A stretch of 64,000 nucleotides of DNA from Octopus vulgaris (taxonomy: Eukaryota), in assembly GCA_951406725.2 (NCBI GenBank), contig OX597821.1, forward strand, positions 49,104,001-49,168,000. Reading direction: 5' to 3'. Under the pieces are notes generated by a model, which saw only the letters and a list, made by a program, of their open reading frames with translations, was not told the DNA's origin and made no database searches. The translations under genes and the position numbers were made by a program. This document shows positions 25,293-38,949 of the stretch, piece by piece (the first letter of the stretch is position 1; every line of letters starts with the position of its first letter).

Positions 25293-25609
25293 CTGGAAAC
25301 AAAAACAGAAAATTTTATTGGGACTGTTATACACACTATTGCTGTTAATGAGTTCTCTGAGAAGGAGAATAATAATAATAATCAACCAAATCCATCCAAG
25401 CACATGATTTTTACACAATTCATTCACCCTAAAAGAACATAGAGAAAGAAATCTAAACACTGTAATAAGACATCTTCATATATATATATATATTTTCTTT
25501 TACTTTTACCTGTTTCAGTCATTAGACTGTAGCCATGCTGAGGCACTGCCCTGAATTTTTTTTTTTTTTAGTTGAATGAATGAATCAACCCCAGTATTTC
25601 TTTTTTAAG

Positions 25610-26239
25610 GTTGTGGGAAACAACAAACTATCCTTTCTTTCGTTTTGTTTACATTTAGCGTAACGGTTCGTTTCCGCCGTAATGATTTCAAATAGGCTCA
25701 TTCGAAAAAGTAAAAAAGAAATAGCCTAAGGCTTTACTCTCCTGGGAAAGACTGTAGCTTGGTCCAGTTTCTTCAGAAAAATCACTGAAAGAAACAGTTT
25801 TTAAATTTTCACTCCATTCAGGTGCCAATTCATTTTCTCTATCGCTGTCGGAGCTCTCGGATTCACTTTCGGAAAATGAAACATCAGATTCATTATCAAA
25901 TACCATGTGCTTTTTTTTTTCAGTCATAGAGTTAGATTTATCAAGGTCTTCAGTAGAAAATCCTTCGAATTCTGACTTGCTGCTTGATATAATGAAATTC
26001 GTATCCATTTTTTGTCAGAATTACAAATTTTGAAAACATAATAGGAACAAATTTGGGAAAAAAATCTCCCGGAATTAAAATTACACTTCGATCATTGTAC
26101 AAAACTGTAGATGAACTGTTTACAAAGTATAATCACATGTTTTCACGAATGTACTAAAGAGATTTGCTCTGATATTCTCATTTAAATATGAATAGGTAAT
26201 TACAGACAGTTTTGGGCGGTTTGGTAACGAAAGGGTTAA
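25610..26239 (-). mobile_element. piggyBac transposon 5' fragment
   Basis: TTAA-CCCTTTCGTTACC terminus on minus strand; ORF 25688-26008 is an acidic, Ser-rich PGBD-like N-terminus (W..FSEETGP..ALGYF). Confidence 0.75.
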
Positions 26240-26520
26240 GCCTTATTCTTTTGATCTCCTTTGCTGAACTGCTAAGTTATGGTGATGCAAACACACCAAC
26301 ACCGGCTGTCAAGTGGTGGTGGAGGAACTAACACACACGTACATGTATATATACACACACACGTACATGTATATATACACACACACATACATGCACAATA
26401 GGCTTCTTTCAGTTTCCCTCTACAAAAGCTATAATAGAAAACATGCCCAAGGTACCATGCAGTGGGACTGAACCTGGAACCATGAGGTTGGAAAGCAACC
26501 TATTTACCACACAGCCACAC
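26240..26520 (-). mobile_element. tRNA-derived SINE
   Basis: Minus-strand head GTGGCTGTGTGGTAAATAG..GGTTCAGTCCCACTGC, internal CA/TA microsatellite. Confidence 0.75.
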
Positions 26521-26544
26521 CTTGACCAGTGTTTTCATAATTAT

Positions 26545-26770
26545 CATTTAACATCCATTTTCCTTGCTAGCATGGATTGAACAGTTTGACAGAAGCTGGC
26601 CAGCTGGAGAGCTGTTGAGATTCCAATTGTCTGTTTTGGCATGACCTACAGTTGGGTGCCCTTCCTAATGCCAACCACTTTACCAAATGTGCTGGGTATA
26701 TTTTATGTGCCACTGGCATAGATACATTTACATAACACTGGCAAGAGTGCATTTTACATGGTACCAACAC
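26545..26770 (-). mobile_element. RTE-family 3' end
   Basis: CATTTAACATCC..GCTAGCATGG..GCCCTTCCTAATGCCAACCAC. Confidence 0.7.
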
Positions 26771-27822
26771 TAGCAAGACTAAGATTTATCAGATGGGAGA
26801 GGGCGTCAGGGTATGACCACAATGGACATTCCTGTATGCATGGAGGGCCACAATTTTACTTAGCTTGACATATCTTCTCAAGTAAAGAAGATCACCACAA
26901 TTCATTTGTTAACTGAATTAAGTAATCAAGAATTCAGTTAACAACTGAGTATATATAATTCATGTTAATAACATGAGCTATATAAAAATGAGAAGGCAGG
27001 ACACATGTCTCTCCTATATTATTAATTCTTCATTACCAAGCTAGTTACTTTATATAGGTTACCTAATATAATTCAACTACTTCATTATCATTTAGACTTC
27101 AGGCAAATTGTCATCTAATATACTCTAATTATAACTTAATTAGCATCACAGCAACAACTAAATTGTCATTACTATGTTTTATATTCATGAACTGGATAAG
27201 TCCACCAAGATGCAATCTTCTACACCTGTTTACTTCAAACACTCAACATCATGTGCTGGCCATGACGATATAACATGTCTACTTCCTTCTACATCATTCA
27301 ATGCTTTTTAGTTTTAAATGTTAACATTTTCAGAGTGTTCACTATACATATGTAGTTAGTAAGTCAATATAATTTTCCATTACTATTATAACAACGCAAT
27401 TTCTGAAATGTGTTGTGAATATATTTCTATGGCATTGCTTTCTAACTAGTTTCACTTTTCAAATGGTCAGGCCATTGTTGGTGAGTGATATGCAACAGCA
27501 GATATCAAAGAGAAGTGAACAAAAAAGGCATCTATTTTTGTGGGTTTAGATATGTCAGTGGGACACATTGACAATAGCAGGATGGACAACAATAATGATA
27601 ATTTGAGGCCTAAGAGATTAGAAATAATGGTTTGGTGATGTCTATAGCCTCTAAATTAGTAAATGATTCCCTCCACATTAGATATGCTGTGAATTGACAT
27701 AACAAGAACAACAATTGTTAAAATAATATTGAATGATTTATCAAAATAGTACAAGTAGAAAAGATAAAATCATTCACAGTTAAATCATTAACTGTTGCCA
27801 TTTATACATCTTGATTACTTAC

Positions 27823-27905
27823 CGATAGCCAACAGATGCAACCACACTATCATCATCCTCACCGGCAAATGGGTTTGGCTTGTCAAACTCATACTTTTCA
27901 TCTCC
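27823..27905 (-). CDS. EIF3D: eIF3d coding exon 9
   Basis: tag| GDEKYEFDKPNPFAGEDDDSVVASVGY(R) |gtaagt. Confidence 0.95.
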
Positions 27906-28037
27906 CTACAAATAAAATCATACACAATACAGAATTACCAACCTGCACATTGTTTCAATATTATCGATACAAAATAACAGTTATACACAGAATAAATATT
28001 CCAAAAGAACAACAAATTAATCATCTATGAGGAGAGG

Positions 28038-28370
28038 AGACCCCCTTCGGTCATGAATGACCATGAGATTGCACCTAGAAAGTTACCCTCTGAGGCACAA
28101 GTCCGGGCAAGGTTGTTTATGGAAGGCCAGCAGTCGTCCCTGCATACCAGCCTCCCCTCTCCACACCATTGATGTTATCCAAGGAAAAGGCAAAGGCCGA
28201 TACATCTTGGCACCAGTGATGTTGCAACTCATTTCTACAGCTGAGTTAACTGGAGCAACGTGAAATAAAGTGTCTTGCTAAAGAACACAACATGCAGCCC
28301 AGTCCCGAAATCAAACTCACAACCTCACAATCGTAAGCTCAACACTAACCACTGAGTCATGCGCCTTCAC
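28038..28370 (-). mobile_element. Second tRNA-derived SINE family
   Basis: Highly similar to 59106-59435; tRNA-like head GGCGCATGACTCAGTGGTTAG on minus strand. Confidence 0.8.
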
Positions 28371-29439
28371 TCAATCATATATATATATATAAAATGAGGT
28401 AACAATGAGGTAATCTAGCAGTCTACCAACCAAATTAAAGTAACTAGTCTGATGAATTTATTGTCATCCTGGAGATATACAAAAATAAACTTTCAACTGT
28501 GACAAAATGTTTTGTTGAGAACTACCTGAATAAGGATTGAAGCTCTGCAATTTGGTTAAATCTCTCTTGAAACAGGTTGAATACCATTTTATGAGTTATG
28601 CCGACAAACAAATTAAACTGAATTCTCAACTAATTAGTAAGTAGCTAATGACTATGAAGTAATAGTAAGACAACCATGATAGACAACAGTGACTCTTGCA
28701 ACCAGACAGCTGTCACACTACATATGTAGGCATATTCCTTACACTCATGAATGCATGCAGACTCACTTGCCTGTATGCACATATAAATATAACATTTATA
28801 TTTAGCCAATATTTATCAACACCAAAATTGAAGCCCATTTGTGTCAAAAATTTTATCTTGCTACTCAGAATTATCATGGTTAAATTTGCTAGTGGCAAGT
28901 AGAGAGATTATATATTCTCATTCTGTGTTTATTACAGCATAAATTCCCTACCAATATATTCTGTATTCCATCTGCATAGGTTTTAATCAATATTTTCTAC
29001 AAACTCAATAAAAGCTAAACAATGTTGAAGCTTTAACAGTATACACACACACACGCGCAAATAATTTGTTGAGGAAACATCAATTTTATATATCCTTAAA
29101 ATCCTTTAAAATGTTTTAGCCCGAAGGCTATATATATATGTATGTATATACACATACACACACAAAATAATTGACAATTATAGAGAATATAACACTATGT
29201 AGTAGTTAAAGTGGAGAAACAGATATGGAATACATGAAATTTGATGAGAATGAGTAGTGAAAAACATCAAAGATACTGAGTAATGCATGAAAGAAAGGGA
29301 GATGCACAGAACTAGATAGTTAAAGGTCAACACAGCAAGAACACATAGAAATAATACAGAAATAAATGTTGTACACTCATTCAATTCAGTTGTTAACATT
29401 CAGTAATTAATATACACTTGTCAAAAAACTGTACAAGCC

Positions 29440-30070
29440 ATGTAGAGGGACGCTATCAGTAAAGTAAGAATTGGCAACTAGTACAGCAAAGAATTCAGAG
29501 TACAAGTTGGGGTTCACCAAGGATTGGTCCTCAGCTCCCTTTTGTTCATCGTAGTCCTCCAGGCAATAACAGAGGAATCTAAGACAGGCTGCCCTTGGGA
29601 GCTACTATATGCTGATGACCTTGTTCTTATAGCTGAATCACAAACAGAACTAGAGAAGTTTCACGTATAGAAGCAAGGTCTAGAATCAAAGGGCCTTAAA
29701 GTTAACCTAGCAAAAACCAAAGTTTTTACAAGTCCCTTAAAGTAGATGGCCTCACTTGATCTATAGAAAAGGCATAGATAGAAACTCCATAAGATATACC
29801 TGGCATAAGCTATGGACAGTATAAGAAGTGCAGCAATATCAGGGGAACGTAAGCAGGGAAAATAGCTTTTGTGTGTGGAAGATGCACAGGTACAATAAAC
29901 ACTGAAAATGAACAGAAATAGACTTCATCAACTGCCTGGAGGGTAAGCTAGAGGTAGTAAATAGCTTCTGTTATCTTGGTGACTAAGTTAGTATAGAGGT
30001 GGATGCACTCAGAGCATAGCTGTGAGAATAAAAATAGGCTGGGCAAAATTCAGAGAGCTCCTACTTCTGT
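29440..30070 (+). mobile_element. RTE LINE RT fragment
   Basis: GVHQGLVLSSLLFIVV..CPWELLYADDLVLIAES; decayed Cys-rich finger. Confidence 0.85.
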
Positions 30071-30966
30071 TGTGCTTAATATTCTCAAGGTATGGTCTGA
30101 CACTCCCAATTTCCCCTTGATATGCTTCCACCATCAACTGACTTGTCAGTTTTCTAACCAGTATTCATTCCACACCAATCAAGTTATTTCTATTTAGCAG
30201 AGATACTGATGTCTGAGACACAACCACCTTAACTTAGTTAAAATTTTAAAACTGTTCAAAACCCCTTTAGCATTTGGATTAGTCTGTCAAATCTAATGAT
30301 TATTTATTCATGTTTTAAATTAATCAAGCATTATCTTATAGCTTCAAGATTTTAATGATGTAATGGTTAATTTTTACAATGATATTGTAGGGTAGGTGTA
30401 AGAGGTTGGATCTAGTCAATTTGAACCTAAAACGTAGAATATTAGACCTGATATGACCAGTTTAAATGGTAAAGCTTGGACTTTTATGGAGAGCAATGTG
30501 ACGTCACCGAAAACTGGGACTTAGGAGTGGCTTCTGAAACACTTTTAGAAATAACATTCTCCTTTAACTGAGCTACATTTCTTAAAATAACCCCTACATT
30601 GACTAAACGTAGGTAATATAGATCTAAAGTATAAAACGTCTACCATATCAACTAACCAAAATATTTATTCATAAAATATATATTTATATATACTACTGCA
30701 TTGCACATCTACTGGTACCAATTCAAATATCTACTGACTGAAACAATAACAGTATAATACAAGACATTCACCACAATTAAAACCAGGATGACTACATAGA
30801 GTATCTTTTTTAACCTTGTCTGCATCAGTCAGCAAGTTGATAATACTTCCAGGAACTAGCAGTAGAAGAGGCAGACACCTAACATCAATAAAATGCCATT
30901 ATAAGAGGGAAAAAAAAAAGAATAAAACAAAACACAAAGCTTTTAATATATCAAAATAAATCTTAC

Positions 30967-31248
30967 CATTTTCAGAACTTGCTGAGAAAAGTTGTGATTG
31001 ATGAAAGTAGCCTCCAGGGCCAGATTGTGAGGGAAATTAATGCTGCTGGCACCTTCTTCTTGGGGTGGTTCATTGGCTGTTTCACTAACAGTTAACAGGT
31101 CAAACTCAGATTCATCTCTCTTGTCAAAGAACAACTTATTCCCAACACGCTGCACAATGATATCCCAGCTGTAGGTGGAACGAGTACTACACATAAGGGT
31201 GGCCAGGATGGAATCAGTGGCAAAAACATTACCCTGATTCTTGGCAAG
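30967..31248 (-). CDS. EIF3D: eIF3d coding exon 8
   Basis: cag| [75 protein letters not shown] |gtaaga. Confidence 0.98.
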
Positions 31249-31543
31249 CTGATAAATGAAATACATCAAATTTTAAAATCTAGAAGTCACAAAGATCTCA
31301 ACATATTTTATATATACACTAGCATAAACGTGTCATCAAAAATGCTTATAGTTTTATTAATGATAGAAAATGGTGAATCAACACAATAGGAGAAACCATT
31401 GTTAAATGTCAGCAATCTAATAAATAAATTGAAGTACTTGAAGAATCAGATACAGTTGTACTGCATTGATTGAAAATATCGTCCACATAATGTGTGTGCA
31501 TATGCATGTATATGTACAGACAGACGTGTGTACACATACATCA

Positions 31544-31587
<44 letters not shown>

Positions 31588-31594
31588 TGCTGCG

Positions 31595-31735
31595 TAGTTG
31601 GCATAAGGAAGGGCATCCAGCCATAAAAACCTTGCCGAAACAGACACAGAAGTCTGGTGCAGTCTTCTACCTGGCTGGTTCCTGTCAAACCGTCCAACCC
31701 ATGCCAGCATAAAAGACAGACATTAAACATTGATT
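31595..31735 (+). mobile_element. RTE-family 3' end
   Basis: GGAAGGGCATCCAGCC..CCGTCCAACCCATGCCAGCAT..CATTAAAC. Confidence 0.7.
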
Positions 31736-31754
31736 TTATATATATATATAATCT

Positions 31755-33247
31755 CATCATCATCATTTGTCTGTTGCCCATGCTGGCATGGGTTAGACAG
31801 TGTGATGAGAGCTGTCAGGTTGAGGGGTGGCACCAAAGTCCAGTCTGATTTGGCATGGTTTCTATGGCTTGATGCCCTTCCTAATGCCAACCACTTTAGA
31901 GTGTGCTGGATGCTTTTACTTGACAGGGAGGCTATCAGTAAGGTGAGGATTAGCAACAAGTATAGCAATGAATTCAGGGTACAAGTTGGGGATCACCAAG
32001 GATCAATCTTAGCCCTATCTAGTTCATCATAGTCCTCCAGACTATAACAGAGGAATTTAAGTTGGGCTGCACATGAGAACTCCTCAATGCTGGTGACCTT
32101 ATTCATGTAGCTGAATTACTCCTAGAACTAGAAGAAAGTTCATGTGTAGAAGCAAGGTCTAGAATCAAAGAGTCTTAGAGTTAATTTAGCAAAAACCAGT
32201 CTTAGTAAGTAGGAAAGTGGACAAATCACAAATCCTTTCAGGCAGATGGCTCTGTTCAATCTGTAGAAAAGGCATAGGTAGAAACTCCATAAGATGTACC
32301 CAGTGCAAGTTATGAACACATAGGAGGTGCAGCAATATTAGAGAAAGGTTAACAGGGTAAATAGTCTTTCAGTGTGGCAGACGTACAGGTACAATAAACA
32401 CAAGAAATGTGCAGAAAATAGACTCCACCAAATGCCAGAGAGGAAAACTAGAAGTAGTTGATAGCTTCCATTATCTAGGTAACCAAGTCAACAGCAGAGG
32501 TTGATGCTCTGAGAGCGTAGCTGCTAGAATAAGAATAGGCTGGGCAAAGTTTAGAGAGTTTCTGCCTTTGTTGGTAACAAAGGGCCTCTCTCTCAGAAAA
32601 GTAGATTGCATGATGCTTGTGTGCGAACAACCATGCTACATGGCAATGAAATGTGGGCTGTAACCACAGAGGACATGCGAAGACTTGAAAGAAATGAAGC
32701 TAGTATGTTTCACTGGACATGCAGTGTCAGTGCGCATGTACAACAGTGTAAGCATCTCAAGAGAAAAACTGGGCACAAGAAGCATGAGATGTATGCAAGA
32801 GACAACTGTGCTGGTATTGTCATGTGATGCATATGGACGAGGACAGCTGTATAAAGAAGTGTCGATCTCTAACTGTGGAGGGCACTTAAAGAGGTAGACC
32901 TAAGAAGACATAGGACGAGGTGGTAAAGCATGATCCTCAAATGTTGGGCCTCAAGGAGGCAATAAGTAATTGGCACTTTTAGTGATATGCTGTGTTTGAG
33001 AAGACTCATAAAGTTAAGTGAAATCGTATTGTAGTCAATGCCGGTGTCACATAATTGGCACCCATGCCAGTGGCACATAAAAAGCATCCATTACACTCCT
33101 GGAGTGGTTGGCATTAGGAAGGGCATCCAGCCATAGAAACCATGCCAAATCAGACTGGAACCTAGTGCAGCTCTCCAGCTTACCAGTTCCAATCAAACCA
33201 TCTAACCCATGCCAGTGTGGAAAGCAGACATTAAATGATAATGATGG
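31755..33247. mobile_element. Composite RTE insertion: minus-oriented 3' end (31755-31921) fused to plus-oriented RT-to-3'-end fragment
   Basis: (CAT)n at left; REAISKVRI..GDHQGS, Cys-rich finger, LERNEASM; 3' UTR and AAATGATAATGATG tail at right. Confidence 0.85.
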
Positions 33248-34338
33248 CCAAATATAACAGTACATACACATTATACACACCACATAATATAAACAAATGG
33301 ATAAGACTGACCAGCATATAAGAGCTGACCATTGAAATCAATGATCAAGTGACAAGAGTGTGATCAATGATTTCGATACTGAAATTAACAGAATGGTTAA
33401 CAGAAATAAACAGGAATTACAAGAATGGTTAACAAAAATTTAACAACTTCATTAAGATATCTGAAATGTTTTCATTTCATGTCATTTTTTTATTATCAGG
33501 TTATTCAATCACGATACTTATTACAGATAATAAAGACAAAGATGATGTATGGTGATGACAACAGCAGCAGTGCTTAAATATGACAAAGTATTTGCAAAGC
33601 TTCAACAAAAGTGATTAAGATCACCCTCTGCCACACTTAAGTTCAGAGCTAACTTTGATAACGGGGTTATATATACATGTTGGTCTGTCTTGAACAGACC
33701 CTGTATCCCTCAGTTTAGAAATAATATACATGTCTATATATATTCATCCTCTTATCAACAATGCAGATAATAGTGTGCAACATCATTTTAAATATATAAT
33801 ACAAATTTTCATATAAGTACATCATCCTTGATGATAGGAGATGACTGAGAAGATGACACCTTGCCACCTTCGTCTTCCTAACATCACAAATAGTTTCTAG
33901 GTGTTTGCTTTGCTGGAACTTTTCTATATGATGAGTCAAGAACTGTATAGTCACCTATAAAAGTTATATAGACATCAACAATGCACAACACAGAACCTGA
34001 GAAAGTTTGAGAGAGGAAGAAACATGTTACTAAGAAGCTTCTACTGTACTCACAGCATGAGAACAGAATAGATGAAATACATAGCATAAAGTTTTCTCTT
34101 CATTTTGAAAATAATCAAGATTTGGTTGCATTTAGTAAAATAAAGGTATTTACAATCTAGCAAGACATTCTTATATAAAATTACAAAAGAAGATTTTCAA
34201 AGATGAGTCAAAGAACAAGAGTTAGCCTTATGTGGGGTGATATAAAAAATGGTAATGACTACAAATACCAGTGATGATGGAGAAAATCATGATGTCAATT
34301 TACAAGAAGTAGAACACAACTTATCTCTCTTTATTTAC

Positions 34339-34471
34339 CTGTCTGATAATAGGATCATCAGTTGTTGTAACTTTATGGAAAATACGATTGATTCGTTTCA
34401 AAGGCCGCTCATTTTTGGTAGTCACACGATCATAAGACTTGTCATAAAACTCCATTTTACCACAGAGCAAC
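34339..34471 (-). CDS. EIF3D: eIF3d coding exon 7
   Basis: cag| [44 protein letters not shown] |gtaaat. Confidence 0.97.
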
Positions 34472-34578
34472 CTGAATATTTAAAGAAAATAGTATAAGAA
34501 TGAAAAATAAATGTATTGGAGGGGCAATGCATACCTTGCATGCACACAAGGATGAAATAAAATTTAATTTAATAAATA

Positions 34579-35449
34579 CAAAGTCTGATCAATAAGTATC
34601 CGGACTCATGCCATAGTAATGAAGCTACAGCATGCAGAGTAAAGCTGTTTGGCACAGATTGACCTTGAACCCTACTGTGTATACACACATTCTAGCTAAC
34701 TTCCGTTATTTACAATGGTGCTTGGAAGGAAGGTGTGTAGCATGCTATTGTCACATTGACCATGACAGGTAAAGTTGTCAAGGCGATACCTGCTCAGAAG
34801 CCTATGCAAAGTTGTAAAAAGTGTATGGAGAGTGTATGAGCTGCACACAAGTGTATGAGAGGTTCAGACGTTTCCAAGATGCCCCAAAAAATGTCGATAT
34901 TGATGAACATTCTAGGAGACCTGCAACCAGCAGAACTGAGAAAAACATTGAAGATGTGCGTGCAGCTGAGAGGAGAAATCGGCGAATCAACATCCATGAG
35001 TTATCAGAGGATGTGCAGACTAGTTATGACTCAGTTCAATCCATTATCATAGAAGATTTGGATACGAGACGCATATCTGCCAAGTTTATACCAAAACTGC
35101 TTTCAGCTGACCAAAAAAGACACTCAGGTTTCAGTTGCACAAGATCTCTTTGATTGTGTCAAGAACAATGAGAACTTTGCATAGGCCTCTGAGCAGATAT
35201 CACCAAGCTTTTGGAAAAATTTGATGCACAGTCTCTGTTCAACTCTCTCTTTCATGGTCAATGTGACTATCACACGCTACACACCTTCCTTCCAAGCACC
35301 GCTGTAAACAGTGGAGGTGAGCTAGAACTTTAAAACTTAGTGCGAATGCACAGCACAATTCACAGTCAATCTGTGCCAAGTGGCTTCAATCTGTATGCTT
35401 CAGCTTCATAACTATAGCAACAGTTCGGATACTTATTGATTAGACCTCG
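34579..35449 (+). mobile_element. Internally deleted mariner with ~190-bp terminal inverted repeats
   Basis: TA-flanked ends C(A/G)A(A/G)GTCT(G/A)ATCAATAAGTATCCG; inverted similarity continues to CACATTGACCATGA; core ORF 34821-35153 is a mariner HTH ending AKFIPKLLS. Confidence 0.85.
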
Positions 35450-36339
35450 TATATTCTCAGACAAATTCATTTGAACAAAACATCAAGAGTTATTTCCCCT
35501 GCTTATCGTTTATGTCTATGTAACAAGATGAAAAAAAAAATTTTGATTCACCCGTCCATCAATTTCAACGATAATTATTATCAAACCAATCACCCAATGT
35601 GTATTTCTGCCAAATTTGGTGAAAATCCACTCAGCCATTTTCCAGTAATTTTGCAAACACACAAAGATAAGCGACTACAATACCCTGCTTTTGCTTACGT
35701 GCACAGGGTAACAAAGAAAAATGAAATCTTAGATGTTTTGGTAATTTAAGCCAAAACAAGCGAAGGTGTTAGATCAGTTATCTTCGTCTGCTAGCCAGGC
35801 AGGTAACAATACTTCAGATAAAAAGCCACTACATCTTTCAGTACAGGCATCAATATTATGACAGTTATAAATATCTATATCACTAAACACATTAATATTA
35901 AAACAGCTACAAATACATATATATACATGGTGAACTCTCCCATCAAAGACGACGTATGAGAATTTAGCTTTCGCTAAATGACCTGCACAAATGGATTGAT
36001 TATAGTGATCAAATGTTCATGCCACACATTAGCTCACTCTATCCATCAAATCAACATTGTCTGAACAGGTACTGAAGTGATCGCAGCCCCTATGGTATTC
36101 CTCAGCCTACGGGAAAAGCAGCCAAATCTTCGTTAAATCACCGTGCAAATTTCCATAAATAAGGAAAGTAAAAAGCACCCATTACACTCTTGGAGTAGGC
36201 AGCCAGCCATAGAAACCATGCCAAATCAGACTGGAACCTGGTGTAACCCTACAACTTACCAGTCTCAGTCAAATTATCTAACCCATGACTGCATGGAAAG
36301 CAGACACTAAATGATGATGATTGATATATAATATCAATG

Positions 36340-37760
36340 TAGACAGCAAGATTCTCTCTTAGATCCTCCAGTGCCATCAGCACAATGGGCAAAATCTGCT
36401 TGCTTTTCTCTTAGCTCCATTAGAGCCGACTTCCATTGCTATCATGTTGTCCCAGAATATGCAGCACCACATCTCTTTTGTTCTTCTACATGGTCTTTTC
36501 CCTCATTCTGGCATCCACTCCATCATGATGGTAGTATGTTTCTCCTGCAGTAATCAAAGCACATGGCCAGTAAATTATATCCCCTGCGTAGTCACTATAT
36601 CCTGTAAACTTCCCATGCTAGCTCTTATCAACTTTTCATTTAGCACTCTGTCCTGCAAAGACATGCCCAGGATTGAATGTAGGCAGCATTGATGTTTAGC
36701 AATTGGAAGATCCTTGCTGTCTTCTTCCAGGTTTCATGGGCGTAAATGGCGGTTGGTATGATAGATGAGTATAGCTGCAGCTTTATCTTCTTACTGATAG
36801 TCTTTGATCTCCATACTGGACAAAGGCATTGAAATACTAACATTGCTTTACCTAGCCTGGTCTTGACTTCAACTTCTACATCACACTCATTTGAAATACA
36901 GCCACTGAGATATGTAAACTTATTGATGTACTCAATTTCATATAGTCTGAGACGGACAAGTTGTGCTTGGGTTCTACCAATTCATATGGCTTTGGTCTTT
37001 TCAGTACTAATCCACAGATCTTTTGCCCTCAGTATGGTCTATCTGTCATGGACTGCAGCATATCTCTGTTGAAGCTTAGTAATGTCAAGTCATCTGTGAA
37101 TCCAAATCTGTTATTTTGCCTAATCCCCATGTTATTCCAAAACTGGTGCTATCCACTGCTTTCCACATGATGAACTCTAGCACTATCAGGAACAGAAATG
37201 GTAACAAAATGCAATCTTGTCTCACTCTAGTAGCAATTTCAAACATGTTAGTGGTTCTGCTGCTCATCTCCACAGAACACTGCGAGTTACTATACAGAGG
37301 CTTAAAGATGTTGAAACATCTGCTAGGGACCCCGTAGACTCCCAAGCTATTCTGGAATATATCTTGGTCAACACTGTCAAATGCTTTCTTAAAGTCAATG
37401 AAATTAATAAGCAGCTGTACTCTATGTGATCTGCTTTGCTCAATTATATTCCTTCATACAAGATCTGTTCCATACAGGACCTGCCACTCTGAAAACTTGC
37501 CTGCTCCTCTCTCAACACATCAATGATCTCTTTCAATCTATTCAGCAGAATGTTGCAAAGAACAGATAACAGTAGAATACCATGTCAGTTGCCTGTCAGA
37601 TTACCTTTTTGGTGGGGTAGAGTTACCATCATTCCATGCCCCCAATCATCTGGTAGATCTCCCTGCTGCCAAACAAAATGTGTCAGATACTGTACAACCT
37701 CTTCCCTACTATGCTTCAACAGCTCGGCAGGTATATCATCCATGCCAGATTATTTGCAAT
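36340..37760 (-). mobile_element. RT fragment of a second, unrelated RTE-like LINE family
   Basis: GVRQ-like RVRQDCILLPFLFLIVLEFIM and VWRSKTISKKIKLQLYSSIIPTAIYAHETW. Confidence 0.8.
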
Positions 37761-37892
37761 ATCAAAGCAGCCATATATCTTTCACATAAATGTAGAGCAC
37801 TACTACTTGAAGTAATTCAATACTAAATTAAAATCTTTCCATAAGCAACTACATAAAACCATAAAAGTTGTGATACAAGAAATTGTAATGAA

Positions 37893-38280
37893 ATCATCAT
37901 CATCATCATCGTTTAACGTCCGTTCTTCATGCTAGCATGGGTTGGACGGTTCGACTGGGGATCTGGGAAGCCAGAAGGCTGCACCAGGCTCTAGTCTTAT
38001 CTGGCAATGTTTCTACAGCTGGATGCCCTTCCTAACGCCAACCACTCCGTGAGTGTAGTGGGTGCTTTTTACGTGCCACCTGCACAGGTGCCAGGCGAGG
38101 CTGGCAACGGCCACGGTCGGATTGGTGTATTTTACATGCCACCGGCACAGAGGCCAGTCGAGACGGCGCTGGCATCGGCCACGAGTCAGATAGTGCTTTT
38201 TACGTACCACCAGACCAGGAATCCTGGCTGGTTCAATTCGATTTCGATTTCGCTTGCCCCAACATGTCTTCGCAAGCAAA
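37893..38280 (-). mobile_element. RTE-family 3' end
   Basis: (CAT)n-CGTTTAACGTCC; very similar to 3418-3770. Confidence 0.85.
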
Positions 38281-38402
38281 GGGGTTCTCAAATTATGAGA
38301 AATCAACTATCAATACCTGCAAGAAAGAAATAGAATTAGTGCTGGCTAATAAAGCCAATATCAAAACTATTTGAAAGAAATCTTTCTATTTTTATTACTC
38401 AC

Positions 38403-38524
38403 AAGTCTTCAGGTGGTTCAATTCCAGGTAAACTGAGTTTGCTAAGTCTAGGGAAGTCCATGTCTTCAACTACTTGCCAGGTTTCACGCACCTGCACTGA
38501 AGCATCTCGGTTTTTAACAGGTGC
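38403..38524 (-). CDS. EIF3D: eIF3d coding exon 6
   Basis: cag| [40 protein letters not shown](L) |gtgagt. Confidence 0.96.
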
Positions 38525-38949
38525 CTGAAAGCAATAAGTTTTATTAAGTTGAAAAATAAACTCAGAGATAGAGGGGAGTCCAAGATGTGAGAATGAAGAG
38601 GTCCGTCAATGGATGTGAAGTTGGAGAAAGGAGTACAAAATGAGAAATTTTAGTGGTGGGAGGAATAATGCAGAAACCCAGCAGTTACTGTAATTTATTG
38701 TCACTTAACATTGCCTACGTCACAAGCTGGCAGAAGAGAACAGTGAGAATGTCACAATTTGGTAGGAGGAAACAGTAAAGTTCTTATAACAACTCTGGAA
38801 GAATGAAAAGCGAAGTTGACCTCTGTGAGATTTGAACACAGAACATGAAGATTTATAACTAATTCTTATTCAGTTGTCTACCAACTTTAGTTCCTATTTA
38901 CACTCAGTAAAGTCATTTTACAAGACTCAGAGTTTTTTAGTTTTGTTTT

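Noticed and set aside
28250-28370. tRNA gene (also at 59340-59435 and other SINE heads)
   Set aside because: A/B-box-like heads are fused to repeated SINE bodies and do not form a full cloverleaf
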